From the NCBI GenBank assembly GCA_032718475.1, contig JAUCBJ010007166.1, forward strand, positions 74,525 through 138,524: a DNA stretch of 64,000 bases, given 5' to 3'. The position numbers and the translations under genes are program-made. The notes beneath the pieces were generated by a model, which did not search any database, had not been told where the DNA came from, and saw nothing but the letters and a program-made list of their open reading frames with translations. The DNA is from Nemertoderma westbladi. Taxonomy: Eukaryota; Animalia; Xenacoelomorpha. How positions within the stretch are numbered: position 1 is the stretch's first letter; each line of letters opens with the position of its first letter. Shown in pieces: positions 1-13,300 of the stretch.

Positions 1-1349
1 ATGTCCGTACTTATTAAAGTACAATAAAGCCACTACTATATTCAAGTATTATTGGTAGGCAGAGTATTAGGAATGCAAAGTTCAGATCCTCGTGTCTCGG
101 CTAAGCCAAGCTCTGGGTAGACCTTGGAAACGACTTGCCTCTTCACACTGACATTGCTTCGTGCGATATTGCTCTTCTACCTTATATTAAATAATACATA
201 TAGTAGCGTGATGTCCCTCTAACAGTAGCGTAAAAACGCAAATAAATCTGTTAAACTTTTTGACCATCTGTAATTCTAGTCGATTAAGATATCGCGGCAC
301 CCACCGATATACTTGAAAGACAAATTCTAGAATCAATGGTTAACGTCCCCAGACAAGTTCTGGAATAAATCGGTGCCCATCTTAAATATTAATTAATATT
401 TATTAAAATCTGTAAAATTCAGATCCGTTAACAATTCTAGTCGATTAAGATATCGTAGCACTTCCCGATACTCTTAAAAGACAAATTTCATAGAATTAAG
501 GATCCTATGTCCCCAGACCTGCTCTGGAATCAAATTGTGTCAATTTTAACATCAAATAATAAAATTCACGGGAATAAATTTAAATTCATATTTTTAAATG
601 AATTTCATAAATTGTCATTTTGTACAATTTATAACATTCCCAAAATTCCATTAATTAATAGATCATGGGAGCGGAGATTCATCCTATTGAGTGCATTAGA
701 GTGCGAGAATCTCCAACATATAGTCAATAGCCGATAAAATTAACAAAATCATGCATAAAGAGGATATTGACAATTAAAGAATTATTATTAAATAGCATCC
801 CAGATCTGTATGCATGAGAATTACCCTAATTCTACCGCTAGCATTCCATAATGTCACCATAGCAACACCCACGCTAGAATTAGAAGCAAGTTAAAAGAAC
901 AATAGAAAGCTTGTCCCATTGCCTAGCATAGAGAACATAGCACACTGTTAGTATCCAAGGATACACAGTAATCAACGTGACATTCTGGAAGGCACTGACT
1001 AACGGACAAATGGCCTGTGTGTGTGCAGTTATTGACAGTTGTGTGGAATTTGTGCGTTTATAGGTGAATGTTACTGCTAAAGTATGTTTACAGTAGCTAG
1101 TCGCAATTGTAAAAATAGCCCGACTCTCCTATAGAAAGAACCTAAGTGGATCCAAGCCTTTGGGACGGACAGTGGAGTGACTTGTGCCGGTTATCGTTGT
1201 CGTGCTGTTGCTACATGTTGGCGTAAACACCGCGACGACGGTACATCGGCGCTGAGAATCCCACTGTCCGGGGGCAAAGATAAATAGGCAGCGACGCCCG
1301 CTCGCTTAAATACAAACTTATTTGATATTAATAAACTCAGATAGCAGAT

Positions 1350-2799
1350 ATGACGGAGTTGATAGAAGATGATCTTGGTATTAGGGAGCGATATACTCTA
1401 CCTTTGCAAGCATTTGTGGATAGCTTAATACGCGGTGAAGCCGATCCAACCATTACGGAGGACGATGGTCGTTATATCGAACCGCCGATGTCCCAAGAGC
1501 AACTTGCGCGTGAATTGGACTATCGAAAATCCACCTCTCGCTATACGCATCGTAATAGTACGTATATGGACTTCCTAACTACCGGCCATCCTATCGATTT
1601 ACATGATACGGACGATGTAGACACCGAAAGGGAAATGGTTCTATTTAAATATCATACCCAGCGGCGTCGTAACGATAAACCGAGATTAGATCACGAAAAT
1701 TCTATTCGTAACAGACTGGGAAGATGAACCAATATGCCTAGAATCTGAGGAGATTCAGCCTATCGCGCCCCGGACCAGCGACAACGATTACATCATAGAA
1801 TGGTATCAAGGCCCACAGTGTCTCACTGCGTACGATTATCGCCATGCCAACTATGTTTCTAGGCAACGTTGTCGGTTATGCGCATCGAGAGACCACGATA
1901 CGCCCATGGACACCAACGTCCGCTGTTCCTATTTCCAAGAACAACCGACTATGGAAATTTATTGCGCATATTGCAGACTCAATAACCTGCATATCTTTGC
2001 GGTTTGCCCTCAATTTATGACTCAATGTCACCATTGTCAACTAAAGGGACATGCTAGTTTCGACTGCCCTTTTAATCACGATTTGGAAAGCGTAGATGAA
2101 ATGATCACACTGCGTTACATCAGAGCTTGGGAAGCGAACGCTGATTTACATTGTGATTCGCGCCATCGCTATTATCCCGGACGCGCTTACGAAGGAGTTT
2201 ATGCGTTCCATCCTTATTTATTCGCTTCTGTTGAACAGGAATCACGCATATCGAGTTACGAGCTACTGAAGCGCGTCGGAGAATGTATTTCAACTAAATT
2301 CGTACGCAAATTTCTCAGGAGTGTTAATCCTAGCGACCTTCATTCCTATAACTTAATCAATTATATCCGTCAGGATCCGGACTATGGAGACTTGTTTGTT
2401 AACTCACATCCCGAGTTGCAGGAAGTACATCGAAGGCCTTACGAATACCGAGCCCGCGAACGCGAGTTGGAAAGGACCATTAAACCCCGGAAGTTTCTAA
2501 CTGCCTATGGTCCACCCACGGCCCTCATTCAGACCACTCGAAAAGGACCCGTAAGAGCGGCTGTCTTGAAACGAGCTCTCAAAGCCGTTAGACCCCTCTC
2601 ACCTGACGTTGATGTCAATCAACCCGGTACTTCGACTGGCGGATACACCGACCATAATCCTACACCCTCTGATGCAATCATATTGCACCCTTCACCCAGG
2701 AGTTATAGCCCTCCTTGTAAAGTGGCTCGCCCCAAAGAGAAAAGGACTCTTGCTAGCTTTAAAAAACTGCGTAAACGCTGTCCGCGCAAGAAAGACTAA
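1350..2799 (+). CDS. Accessory 3' ORF of the LTR element (CCHC zinc-knuckle protein with basic C-terminus), split by a 1-nt frameshift near 1718-1720
   Basis: ORFs 1350-1727 and 1906-2799 join if one G of CTGGGAAGATGA is removed (NRLEDEP..., compare NRLERED in the minus copy). The frame of 1906 is open back to ~1720. Motifs CRLCASRDH, CAYCRLNNLHIFAVC, CHHCQLKGHASFDC; C-terminal KKLRKRCPRKKD. Confidence 0.6.
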
Positions 2800-2877
2800 C
2801 TGTTTAGAGTATTTACGTATATTAGAAACTGTGATTTTGTATATTTTATAGACTCAAATCCCATTTTCTGGGAGCGG

Positions 2878-4152
2878 TGTAAAAGCTTCTGTGGGATATA
2901 ACTGGCCCCTTTGCTTCGCAATCCAGTTTCCCCCCAGGCGCTGGAATACTCTAAAAAGGTTCTCTAACTGTATAAATATTCCCCTCGCCCTCAAGGTACC
3001 GTTACAGGTGTTTTAACGGACATAAAAGTCATTTTGCTATATACGTGTTTTAGCGGACATGGTAAGACAAAAAACCTGCAATGCGGCAAATACCTTTCAT
3101 AGCTTAGCCGTGATGATTCATATTACGACATCTAACAGCTGGTTGCTGACATGGAAACAGCCATTGGACGCATGGTTCTTTGTTTGGCTTGAGCCAATCA
3201 GAGCGATTTTTCCTGTCGACGTGTAGCTTTTCGGTCGATCATAAGGAGTGTGTTCAGTCTTACTGTTTTTTCTTGATACTTTGTTGTTATTGCTGTCTAG
3301 GCCAGGAACAATGGCTCTAGAATCAATTCGTTTCATACTTTTAGAAGAAACATTGGTAGGCTAAAATTATAGAGCGTATGACTGTTATCTAATCAATTCA
3401 ATGCAATTCTTAACAATTTCATTCACAATTCAATACTTTGTTGTTATTACTGTTCAACATACATTATTATACTGCTATTTACTGTTGTGTTTGGTTGAAT
3501 ATTATTTGGAGAACATATATAAAGAACCCAAATTTCCCAATTTTCTTGATACACTACAGGTTAGAGAGACGGGTTATATATAGCGATTGCGACTTATATT
3601 GTTGTGGTTTGTAGTGAATTTAATGCTATTTGATAAGCACTACATTGGTCCGTTGCTATTCCCTTTATATATTATAAAATTCATTGACGGTCGGCAAATT
3701 AGTGAGCAGTATTGTGTGTTACCAGTAGTGTGCATGATTGTGATTGATAACTAAGCATTTCCTAAAGAATGCGCCTCATACGTGAATCATAAGCCTTACC
3801 GACTTACCGTTGTGATTAGTATAAGTCATATCTCTGTTTACTTAGATAGAGCGCCACGTCCTAAAGGAACTGTTAATATTTCCCGAAAGTAAATAATATT
3901 AGTCAGAAATTAATTATTAACGATCAATCGAATAATACAATACAGTAAGCTTCACTGCAATAATAATTTAAGCCGACAGAATCCAGTCTCCCGGGATTAT
4001 CCAGCGGGTGAATGGACGCGCACTAGGCTGGCTTCTGCTAATGTTGTGTTTATTGGTATTAAATATTTGTCTTCTTCTAAAGTATATTATAAACCAAAAG
4101 ACATATAAATTTTGGCAGGTTAAACTGCTAAAGGTCTTCAAAAGCGCGTACA
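2878..4152 (+). repeat. 3' LTR of + strand copy (1275 bp, diverged subfamily)
   Basis: Begins TGTAAAAGCTT after the PPT and ends AAAGCGCGTACA; both ends are homologous to the 1202-bp LTRs, the middle is diverged. Confidence 0.88.
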
Positions 4153-4919
4153 GTTACTAGGGCAGTAGGCAGGTAGGGGCATCACTTGCAATTTTACATT
4201 CGTAGGAAACCTTCTGTTTAATTACTGAAATACATTTGATTCTAGCTTGCTTGTAGGCTGGGAATGAAGAAAGTGTTTTTATATATATAAATTATAAATA
4301 TAATATAGGCCTAACTATAATATATAATACAAACAGACAAATACAATAATACACAAATACCTATATATTATTCTATAGTATGAACTATAAACGTTACATA
4401 CCCCAAGAAGATGCATGCACAGTGGTATCTATACAGCTATATGATATATGTACTGCTTACTGTATGTACAGTATGTAGTTAGAGGCATATAATGATAGAA
4501 AGCACAACAACAAAGCCGTTGAAATTTCAGCTCACAGTGCAGTTTTCAGTTATATCAGTTATCATCAAACCATCTAAACTGTTATGAAATGTGCAATGTT
4601 TCCCTATCGGGAAATTTCTGATATCATTGTGAGAGAAATCCATGGTAAATTTCCGTATAGGGAAATATATGCATGTTTCCCTATAGGGAAACAGGCAAAG
4701 TTAATTTTCGCCTGTCTGTAAAACCGCCAGGGTAGTAGTTTGCTGCCTTGGGGCAGTACTGTAGTTATATTGAAGATAGGGTAGAGGTGAATGACCTAGT
4801 ATATCTCACTTAATGCGCTATGTCCTCAGTGAATGCGCCATAGCGATTATGCAAAAATTTCCCTATTGGGCTAATTTCCCAGACTGCAAAGGATGACAAT
4901 TTGCGTTCCTGATGGCGAT

Positions 4920-5390
4920 GTCTATCTCATAATTCCCTAACGTAATCAATTTTCCAATTATCCCAAATAAGTTGGCTGCTTTCTCTTGGTAACGTAAACG
5001 ATTGATAATGATTGTTCTGGTCAACTCTAAATTTTCTGCACGTGCTGATAATGTTGGAAGAGCACATAGTCATGGCCCACAAGAAAGTGACTAGGAGTAA
5101 GTAGATTGTAGTTTTCATCATTGTTAGATGACAGGAAAGTCAATGGGCGACTGTTAACAGCAAGCAGCCTTGCAAGATATTAACAGTTTCTGCATTTTGT
5201 CGTATTGCAGAGTGGCTCTACCCATCGCTTTGGGGAGGTTGGATTTGATTAGACCTACACATCTCTCAATAAAGCCATAAGCCGATGGATATCTGGCAAT
5301 ATTAAACAGCCAAGTGACACTTAAGTCACCAAATTCACGTTTAACCAAATCGTGGATAAGAAACTTATTGTAAATGCGAAGTTGAGACAA
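4920..5390 (-). pseudogene. Decayed BEL/Pao integrase fragment
   Basis: VTWLFNIARYPSAYGFIERCVGLIKSNLPKAMGRATL, then in shifted frames VNSRPLT...LLTPSHFLVG and WDNWKIDYVREL. These match the Pao integrase core end and C-terminal (DUF5641-type) motifs; frameshifted. Confidence 0.75.
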
Positions 5391-5870
5391 TGAAAGTTTA
5401 AATCAATTAACACATTTATTTATGATTCCTTGAATAACACTATTGTCTTGCATGATATATCAATAAAAATGGTGTTTTGAACTTAAATTTAGCAAAATAA
5501 GTAATCTAAAATAGCCAAGTTCATACTTGCATTAACAGAATTATAATAATTATTACCCACAAACCAAGGACAACTGAAGCGAGGACTGGCACATGGTAAA
5601 TCCAGACTTCGCTAGCAAAGGCCATGATGTTTATGTCAGTATGTTACCGGTAACCAGTTGACTTGAACTGATTAACATACTCATCCTGGGGTAGGACCTA
5701 AAAAATTATTTAGAATCTATTTTTGGTAATAGTTTTTCAATTACATGTTGCTTTCATGTATTGTTTTCTATTTCCCCGGTAACTTGTAGGTCGAGATTTT
5801 GACTGGCCATTCATTTGGTTAGGGTAGTGGGAAACCATCCAATTGCACGTTTTTTGAATGTAATTATACC

Positions 5871-7072
5871 TGTTCGCGCTTTCAGACCTTTGGCAGTTTA
5901 ACCCGCCAAATTAAGATGTCTTCTAGATATTAAATCGCTTTTTAGCCTATGACAAGTATTTGATTCACTACACTAGTCGAAACCAATCCGTGCGCGACCA
6001 TTCACCCGCTGGATATTCCCGGGAGATTGGGTTCGACGGTTTAATTTTATTGCTATGTAAGCTTAATGTATTATTCGACTGACAGTATTATATAATCTCT
6101 GACAATATTATTTACCTTCGGGAATATTAACAGTTCCTTTAGGACGTGGCGCTTTATCTATATAAACAGAGTTATGACTTAAACTACTCACAACGATATG
6201 GCTTAATTATAATTCACATATATGGCGCATTCTTTAGGAATTGCTTCTTTAACAGACTCGCTCATACGCAATGCTGCACAATACTGCACACTAATCTGCC
6301 AATCTTCACTGATTTTAGTCACATATAAAAGGAACACAGACTGACTCATGTAGGGTCTATCAAATAACATTAGATTCACTTCAAACCACTTTAACATAAG
6401 TCACAATCGTTATTGGTAACCTTTCTCTCTTACCTTCGGTATATCAAGAATATTGGGTGTCGGGGTTATTTCTCGTTATTCCAATATAATAATTCATCAA
6501 CAAATATAATGAATAACCGACAACAAATAGCAGTATGCAGTATTCACAGATCAATCGTGCCAGTTTGTTTTGATATTTACAGAGTTTAAAGCCAGGTTGT
6601 TTGATGCGTAATTGCAGCCAGTTAAAGGATATATGTCCTTGTAATTAAACCTACTAGTGTTGAGCTAAAAAGCATAAAACATAAAACACTACAAAGCCGT
6701 TCTTTCGTGGCTTTGAAAAACTCGTGACTACTGCTCTATACGAGGATACCAACTCCCTTATTCCACGAAGCTCCCGTTCAACACAGAGAAAGAGCAGTGA
6801 GATAGGAAATTTTCAGTTCAGTACTCTGTGATAGGTCAAAATCAAGGCTAACTCAAATTCTATTGGGAGATACAAAACAAGGCTATGACGCAACCTCCCT
6901 AGGCTTGTTGGCCGATTAAACAGAGCCCAGATGCCTGCGTACAGCAAATCAGCCAATAAGCTGGTAACTTGCACTATTTTTAGCTGTAGATCACTTTGAG
7001 AGTATTCTTAGCGACTGGGGGGGAACTGGCCAACAAGGCAAACGAATCAGTTATCCCACAAAAGCTTTTACA
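5871..7072 (-). repeat. 3' LTR (1202 bp)
   Basis: Direct repeat of 17426-18627 (offset 11555, no differences seen by eye, identical small ORFs in the track); minus-strand AATAAA at 6046-6051. Confidence 0.95.
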
Positions 7073-7082
7073 CCGCTCCCAG
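7073..7082 (-). promoter_or_regulatory. Polypurine tract (plus-strand primer)
   Basis: Minus strand reads CTGGGAGCGG immediately before the TGT of the 3' LTR; the same motif is at 2868-2877. Confidence 0.8.
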
Positions 7083-7150
7083 AAAATGGGATTTAAGTCT
7101 ATAAAATATACAAAAGCACAGTTTCTAAAATATAAAAATACTCTAAACAG

Positions 7151-8692
7151 TTAGTCTTTCTTGCGCGGACGGCGTTTACGCAGTTTCTTGAGGCTAGCAA
7201 GAGTCCTTTTCTCTTTGGGGAGAGCCACTTTACGAGGAGGGCTGTAGCTCCTAGGCGAAGGGTGCAATATGATTGCATTAGAAGGTTTGGGTTTACGGTC
7301 GGTGTCTCGTCCATTTCGATATGCTTCTCCTCGAGCTGATTTTCCTCCGCTTGTCATGGGATACGTTCGTCCAAAACTCTCGCAGAGAATAGGGTTTTCT
7401 AAGCTTGATATCTTCTTTGAGATTCGAGGTTTCCCAATCGAACTGAGATAAGGCCAATTCGTTTATCGATTGGACTTACTGTTATAACTTACGTTTATCT
7501 GAACAAACGCAGGTTTCTTTGTTGATCTTTATAGAATAGCGTTTAACTCGTTTCGTACAACGCTCTCCTTCACCTTGATGAAGGGTTGTATTGCGTTAAA
7601 CGGGACGACCATACGGTTGGATAGTGATATTAGGTGTCTGCGTCATAATCCGGCTAGGTAAGATGGGCGGCTAGATAGAAATCACTGTCGGAGTGTTACC
7701 GATTAATTGTTAGGGTAGCACTAGATCTTGAACAGTGAATACCGTCCGCGAGGATCCGCGACACCACCAGGATCGCAGGTCTGAGGTCCAACTAAGGAAT
7801 GAGGAGGTTTGACCGAGTATTCCGGGACTCTGATCGTAGGTTTACTCTAGGATCGTTAGAGCCGAGTGAGCATAGGTGATACGTCAAACAAGTTTCGCTC
7901 GAAACTCCAGTAAATATAACGAACACAACTGTGTTTAACACAACGTTTCCGTGGATGTTTATGTCTTTCCGTTTATTGGCTGGGTCTAGGGCATTTACCG
8001 TAATAATACCCAAAAACGTACGTTTTGTAGGGGAAACGCGAGTGATCTTTCTCCAGCTTACAATATTCCTCCATCCGTTCGAAGCTATTCGGTACAACAG
8101 GTAGCGGTCGATCGGCGGTAAGATACATCATAGGGGAATCGAGCCGTTTGAGTTCTACCATGCGGTCATGATGTATACCTTGAGGATATCGAGTTTCTAG
8201 ATTTTGTTGACTGGCAATATTGAGATATGTTTCTATCAGGAATTCCAGATAATCGTTGAAGTCGCTGCGTTTATCCGGCTCCTCAACGTCTTCTCTTTCG
8301 AGTCTGTTTCGAATAGAATTCTCGTGTTCCATTCTCGGTTTATCGTTCCGCCTCCGCTGGGTAGGATATTTCAATCGTACCATTTCCCTTTTGGTGTCGA
8401 CATTGTCCGTATCGTGTAGATCGATAGGATGACCAGTAGTTAAGAAGCCCATATACGTACCATTACGCTGCGTATATCGAGCAGCGAATTTTCTATAGTC
8501 CAACTCACGCGTGAGCTGCTCTTGGGACATTGGCGGTTCGATATAACGACCATCGTCCTCCGCAGCAGTTGGACTAACGTCGCCGCGTATTAAGCTATCA
8601 ACAAACGCTTGTAAAGTAGAGTATATCGCTCCCCGATACCAAGACCATCTTCTATCAACTCCGTCATATCTGCTATATATGAGTTTATCCAT
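7151..8692 (-). pseudogene. Accessory 3' ORF of the minus-strand element (239-aa ORF plus disrupted continuation to a basic C-terminus)
   Basis: 7973-8692 shares LQAFVDSLIRG...ENSIRNRL with ORF 1350-1727; 7151-7357 shares AIILHPSPRSYSPP...KKLRKRRPRKKD with the end of ORF 1906-2799; the middle is unrelated and contains stops. Confidence 0.6.
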
Positions 8693-10325
8693 ATTATAAT
8701 GAGTTTATATTTAGGCGAGCGGGCGTCGCTGCCTACCTCAATCAACCCCCGGACAGTACGAGATCCTCAGCGCCGATGTGTCGTCGTCGCTGTACTTTCG
8801 CCAACGACGTAGCCGCACAACGACAACGACAACCGGCACAAGTCACTCGACTGTCCGTCCCAAAGTCTTAGATGTACTTCAGGTTTTCCTTGGAGAGTTA
8901 GGTTACTTTTACGATTGCGACTGGCTACTGTAAACACACCTTAGCAGTAACATTCACCTATAAACTCACAAATACCACACACACAACTTGTCACAAATTA
9001 CACACATTCGGGCCATTTGTCCGTTAGTCAATGCCTTCCAGAATGTCACTGTATTAGTATGTATCCTGGGATACTAGTAGTGCGCTATTTATTCCCTATG
9101 CTATTCAATGGGACAAGCTTTCTATTGTTCTTTTAACTCAATTCTAATTCTAGCGTGGTTGTTGCTATGGTGACATTATGCAAAGCTAGCGGTAGAATTA
9201 GGGTAGTTCCAATGCATACAGATCTGGGATGTTATTTAATAGTATTCTTTAATAGTCAATGTTCTGTTTTATACATGACTTTATGAATTTTATCGGCTAT
9301 TGACTATGTTTGGGAGACTTTCACACACTCATACGCATGATAAGATAAATCTCCGCTCCCTTGATCTATTAATTAATGAAATTTTGGGAACTTTATAAAT
9401 TGCGTAAAAATGGCAATTTATTAAATTCATTAAAAGGCATGAATTTAAATTTATTCCCTGAAATTTTATTATTTGACAACTAAATGGACATATTTTGATT
9501 CTAGAACATGTCTGGGGACACAAGATCCTTAATTCTATGACAATTGTCTTTTTAAGAATATCGGTAAATGCTACGATATCTTAATTGACTAGAATTATTG
9601 CAGGATCTGAATTTTACAGATTTTGATTTATTAGATTTTGCAAATATTAATTAATTAATATTTGAGATGGGCACCGATTTATTCCAGAACTTGTCTGGGG
9701 ACGTTAACCACTGATTCTAGAATTTGTCTTTCAAGTATATCGGTGGGTGCCGCGATATCTTAATCGACTAGAATTACAGATGGTCAAAGGGTTTAACAGA
9801 TTTATTTTGCGTTATACGCTACTGTTAAAGGGACATCACGCTACTATATGTATTATTTAATATACGGTATGAGAGCAATATCGCACGAAGCAATGTCAGT
9901 GTGAAGAGGCAAGTCGTTTCCAAGGTCTACCCAGAGCTTGGTTTAGCCGAGACACGAGGATCTGAACTTTGCATTCCTAATACTCTGCCTACCAATAATA
10001 CTTAAATATAGTAGTGGCTTTATTGTACTTTAATAAGTACGGACATTTCATCTTACTGTAGTCACGTATTTATAATATGATACGGACAGTAAGGAAAGAG
10101 GAAAAGAATTATTTCTTGCCGTCGCATTAAATATAATATATACGTAATTAAGTAATAAACGCGAATATATATTGCACTAATCTACTAAATAATCGCTAAA
10201 ATAACATTCTACTGAATAAAATTAAAGAAAACGATTATAATAAAATTACATAGTAATACATACATAAATATAAAAATAATAAAATAATATAAAATAATAG
10301 AGTCACACACCCACTCCATATGTTG

Positions 10326-13300
10326 TTACGTTATGGAGTCCCTAGATGTTTGAAGGATTAGGGAGGTGGTCGTGGGAAGAGAATCTTGCCTTCCACAGTT
10401 TCCGGAGAGTCCTCCATTCCCTTCCGATAAACACAAACGACCGACTGGGTGATTGAGTCGCTGCATCCTGAATACAATTCCAGGTTTCCTCTTCGTCCTG
10501 GAATAGTGACGATAGAAACATCGCTCAAAGTATATGACGGCGTCACAAAGCCGATTCCAGGAGCTATAGTGGTCCGTCGCTCTCTGCAGGAGAGGTGAGA
10601 GTCCCTGCGAGACATCTGATGTTCCAGAGCTCCAATCGCTCTCTCTGATCTTCATGAAGGATCCACTCGCGGTGGGGAGGTCCAGATCCACGGCGTCGTC
10701 CCTGGCAATATGTAATACCGACAGATCTGTCCCGGGTTCAAATAACTCCGCTCCACCCGTCCTGGTTTTAGGTTTAACTTTCTCCGCTCCCTTGGCTGGT
10801 CTAATCTCAGTCGGAGTAAGATGGGGAGGCCATTCATCCTCCTTACTCAGGAAGTCGGGTTCACCTAACCGGTCTGTAGTATCTGTCAGTTCTTGAGGAG
10901 TTGCTCCTCTGGAAGCGATGTCAGTTGGATTAAACTTCTTGGGGCAATATCTCCATTGATCTACATTGGAGCTAAGATTGTCATTATCTGAGGAGTGTGG
11001 TGTTCCCTCAGTTGGGTCGTCTCCCTCACTAGTATCATCTTCCCATTCACTCACCTGGCAGACGCGATCTTGAAGCAGTCTTTCCCTGAGCGTTCTACGG
11101 GAAGGTCCAGTAAGGTACCAACCTACTCTAGTTCTTACCGCATAGGTCTGTAGTGGCTGCGGTTGAGCAGGCCGTTTCTCTAATGTCTCCAGCGCCTCAT
11201 GCGCGTTTTGGCCGATGAGTATTTGCACTCCAGGATAATCAGTCTGGAATCGAGGTATGTTAAGATGTTGGATGCTCTCATCCTCGTCCCAATTATAAAG
11301 GTCTGCTTGAGTAGTAGCGAAGTTCTTTATAGCCACCATTTTCACTGACCTTATGCTGTGTTCTCCTAGTTCGTCCTGGGGGGTGGACAACGCTCCTACA
11401 TAATAATCAGCTGTTATTGTAGATTTCCAAACTTGCATAATGCCTGACATGTTGAGCTTAGTTTGGAACTTGGGTTGTCCAGCAAATATATCTTCGGCTA
11501 GCTCTTTATCGATGAATGTTCCTGTACTACCGGAGTCAAGGAGGGCGTTCACTACATAACTCCTCTCAGGTCCGTGAACCCTTACTTGCACCACAGGAAA
11601 CTCTCGGATCCCTACATTGGAAGATGGCTCTTTCCAAGATGGTTGTCGCTCAGAAGTAGTTAGAGTAAAGTCGTTATCTGGATCCTTTTCATAGGTGAGT
11701 GCTCGATACACTGCGGTATTTATCATGTAACAGGATTCGTTTTCGTCGGAGAACTCGTCTGTATAGAATCCTTCCATCTCAGATTGATCAGTGTCGTTCA
11801 CATCACTGAATTGGACATGTAGTTCGGACTCACTTACCTGACTCGGGCTGTTTCGTTCGAATTCCGTGTGCAACAAGATATGATGTTTTGCGCCGCACTT
11901 TGCACACCTTGCGTCGGAGTTACAGGTTCGCCGTTGGTGTCCTCGTCTGAGGCAATTATAACACAACCGCTTATCCCACATGACTTCACGTCTATCCTTT
12001 AGTGATTTCCTCAGGAATTTATCACACGCATTTAAACGGTGGGGCCCGTCGCACAGCACACATTTGGGCTTGATGTTACTTACTTTAACATGTGCTGTGT
12101 GGTGCACACTTGTTCTTTCCTCGGGCTTTCTCACCTGAATTCTTTTAGGAGACGTAGGAGGGGTTTTTTGTACCGGTTCCCTTCTGTCATTGGGTCGAGA
12201 CTTGGATTTACTTACCTGATCTTTAGGCATTTTATTGACATAAGATCTGTCAGTGTCTTTCCCGCTGTCCTCTCCTTGAGAAGTTTGGCTTTCACCGTCG
12301 TCGGTATAACATACTGGTATTACCCTTCTCCTAGAAACGGGTTTCTCACTTACCTTACTTTCCGCTGTCTTCTCTCTGGACTGCTTTATGAGCTGTAATT
12401 TCACCTCGCTATCCAGGAATGACATGAGATCAGCCATGGTAGGGTCTCGTTGTTGTTGTTCCATCATATATAACACCTTCTTGTCCCAGCGTGTACCTAC
12501 TCCACCCTTGGGCAAAGTAGATGCTAAGGCTCCTACAACCATAGAATTCTGGTATTCATGAGACTTACCTAACCAATCTAGTTGTCTACAGATCTCCTGA
12601 ATCTCATCGGAAAACTCTATAATCCCGCTGCTAAGAAACTTTCGGGGCGCCATTAATTTCGCATATAAATACCTAGCTATGTTAGTCCTATTACCATACC
12701 TGATGTTTAGTGTATCCCAAACTTGTCTTAATCCGTCTGGATGTCCAATAAACTTTAACGCCATTAACTTGGGAGATCCTTCCAAGCACTCGATGAGGTA
12801 TCTAAGCTTTTCTCCATTAGATAGTACAGAGTTCTGTATGTTATCTTTGTAATATTCATTAAAAGGTAACCATTTCATCTCATCTCCATTGAACTTGACG
12901 ATCTCTCCAACCTTTACCGCTTGCCGGGCTTCGGTTCTAGCCATTTGACGCGTAAAACTTTCTTGGGCCATCGTGCTATTTAATATCGAGTTATCGGTAT
13001 ATAAATTTCTCGGATTATGATCCGGTCTATAGGGAATATCACTATCAACAGGTCTATAATTACCCTTAATAGGGTTCACTATAGGAGTTTCTACTTCGCT
13101 AGCAGTATAGATGCTTGTAGGCTCCACACCTTGCGCATGAGATACTTCAGACCTAACGGGTTGACACATTGTTACAGAGGGTGGTGGTATACCCTTTTTT
13201 AAGTTTACTAATTTATCGCGTTCTAACGCGATACTTTGCTGCACCTTTTGCAACTCTAACCTACTTTCCCTTACTGTGCCCTTGAATTGCTGGACAGTCT

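Larger units (their letters stand above)
1..4152 (+). mobile_element. 3' part of a BEL/Pao-family LTR retrotransposon copy (starts upstream of window)
   Basis: 1-~2877 is largely the reverse complement of ~7073-10046 (the middle of the accessory ORF differs); PPT-like CTGGGAGCGG directly precedes a TG...CA LTR at 2878. Confidence 0.88.

Noticed and set aside
1350-8692. Calling the 3' accessory ORFs env
   Set aside because: No signal peptide, fusion peptide or TM anchor; basic NLS-like tail and Zn knuckles instead.
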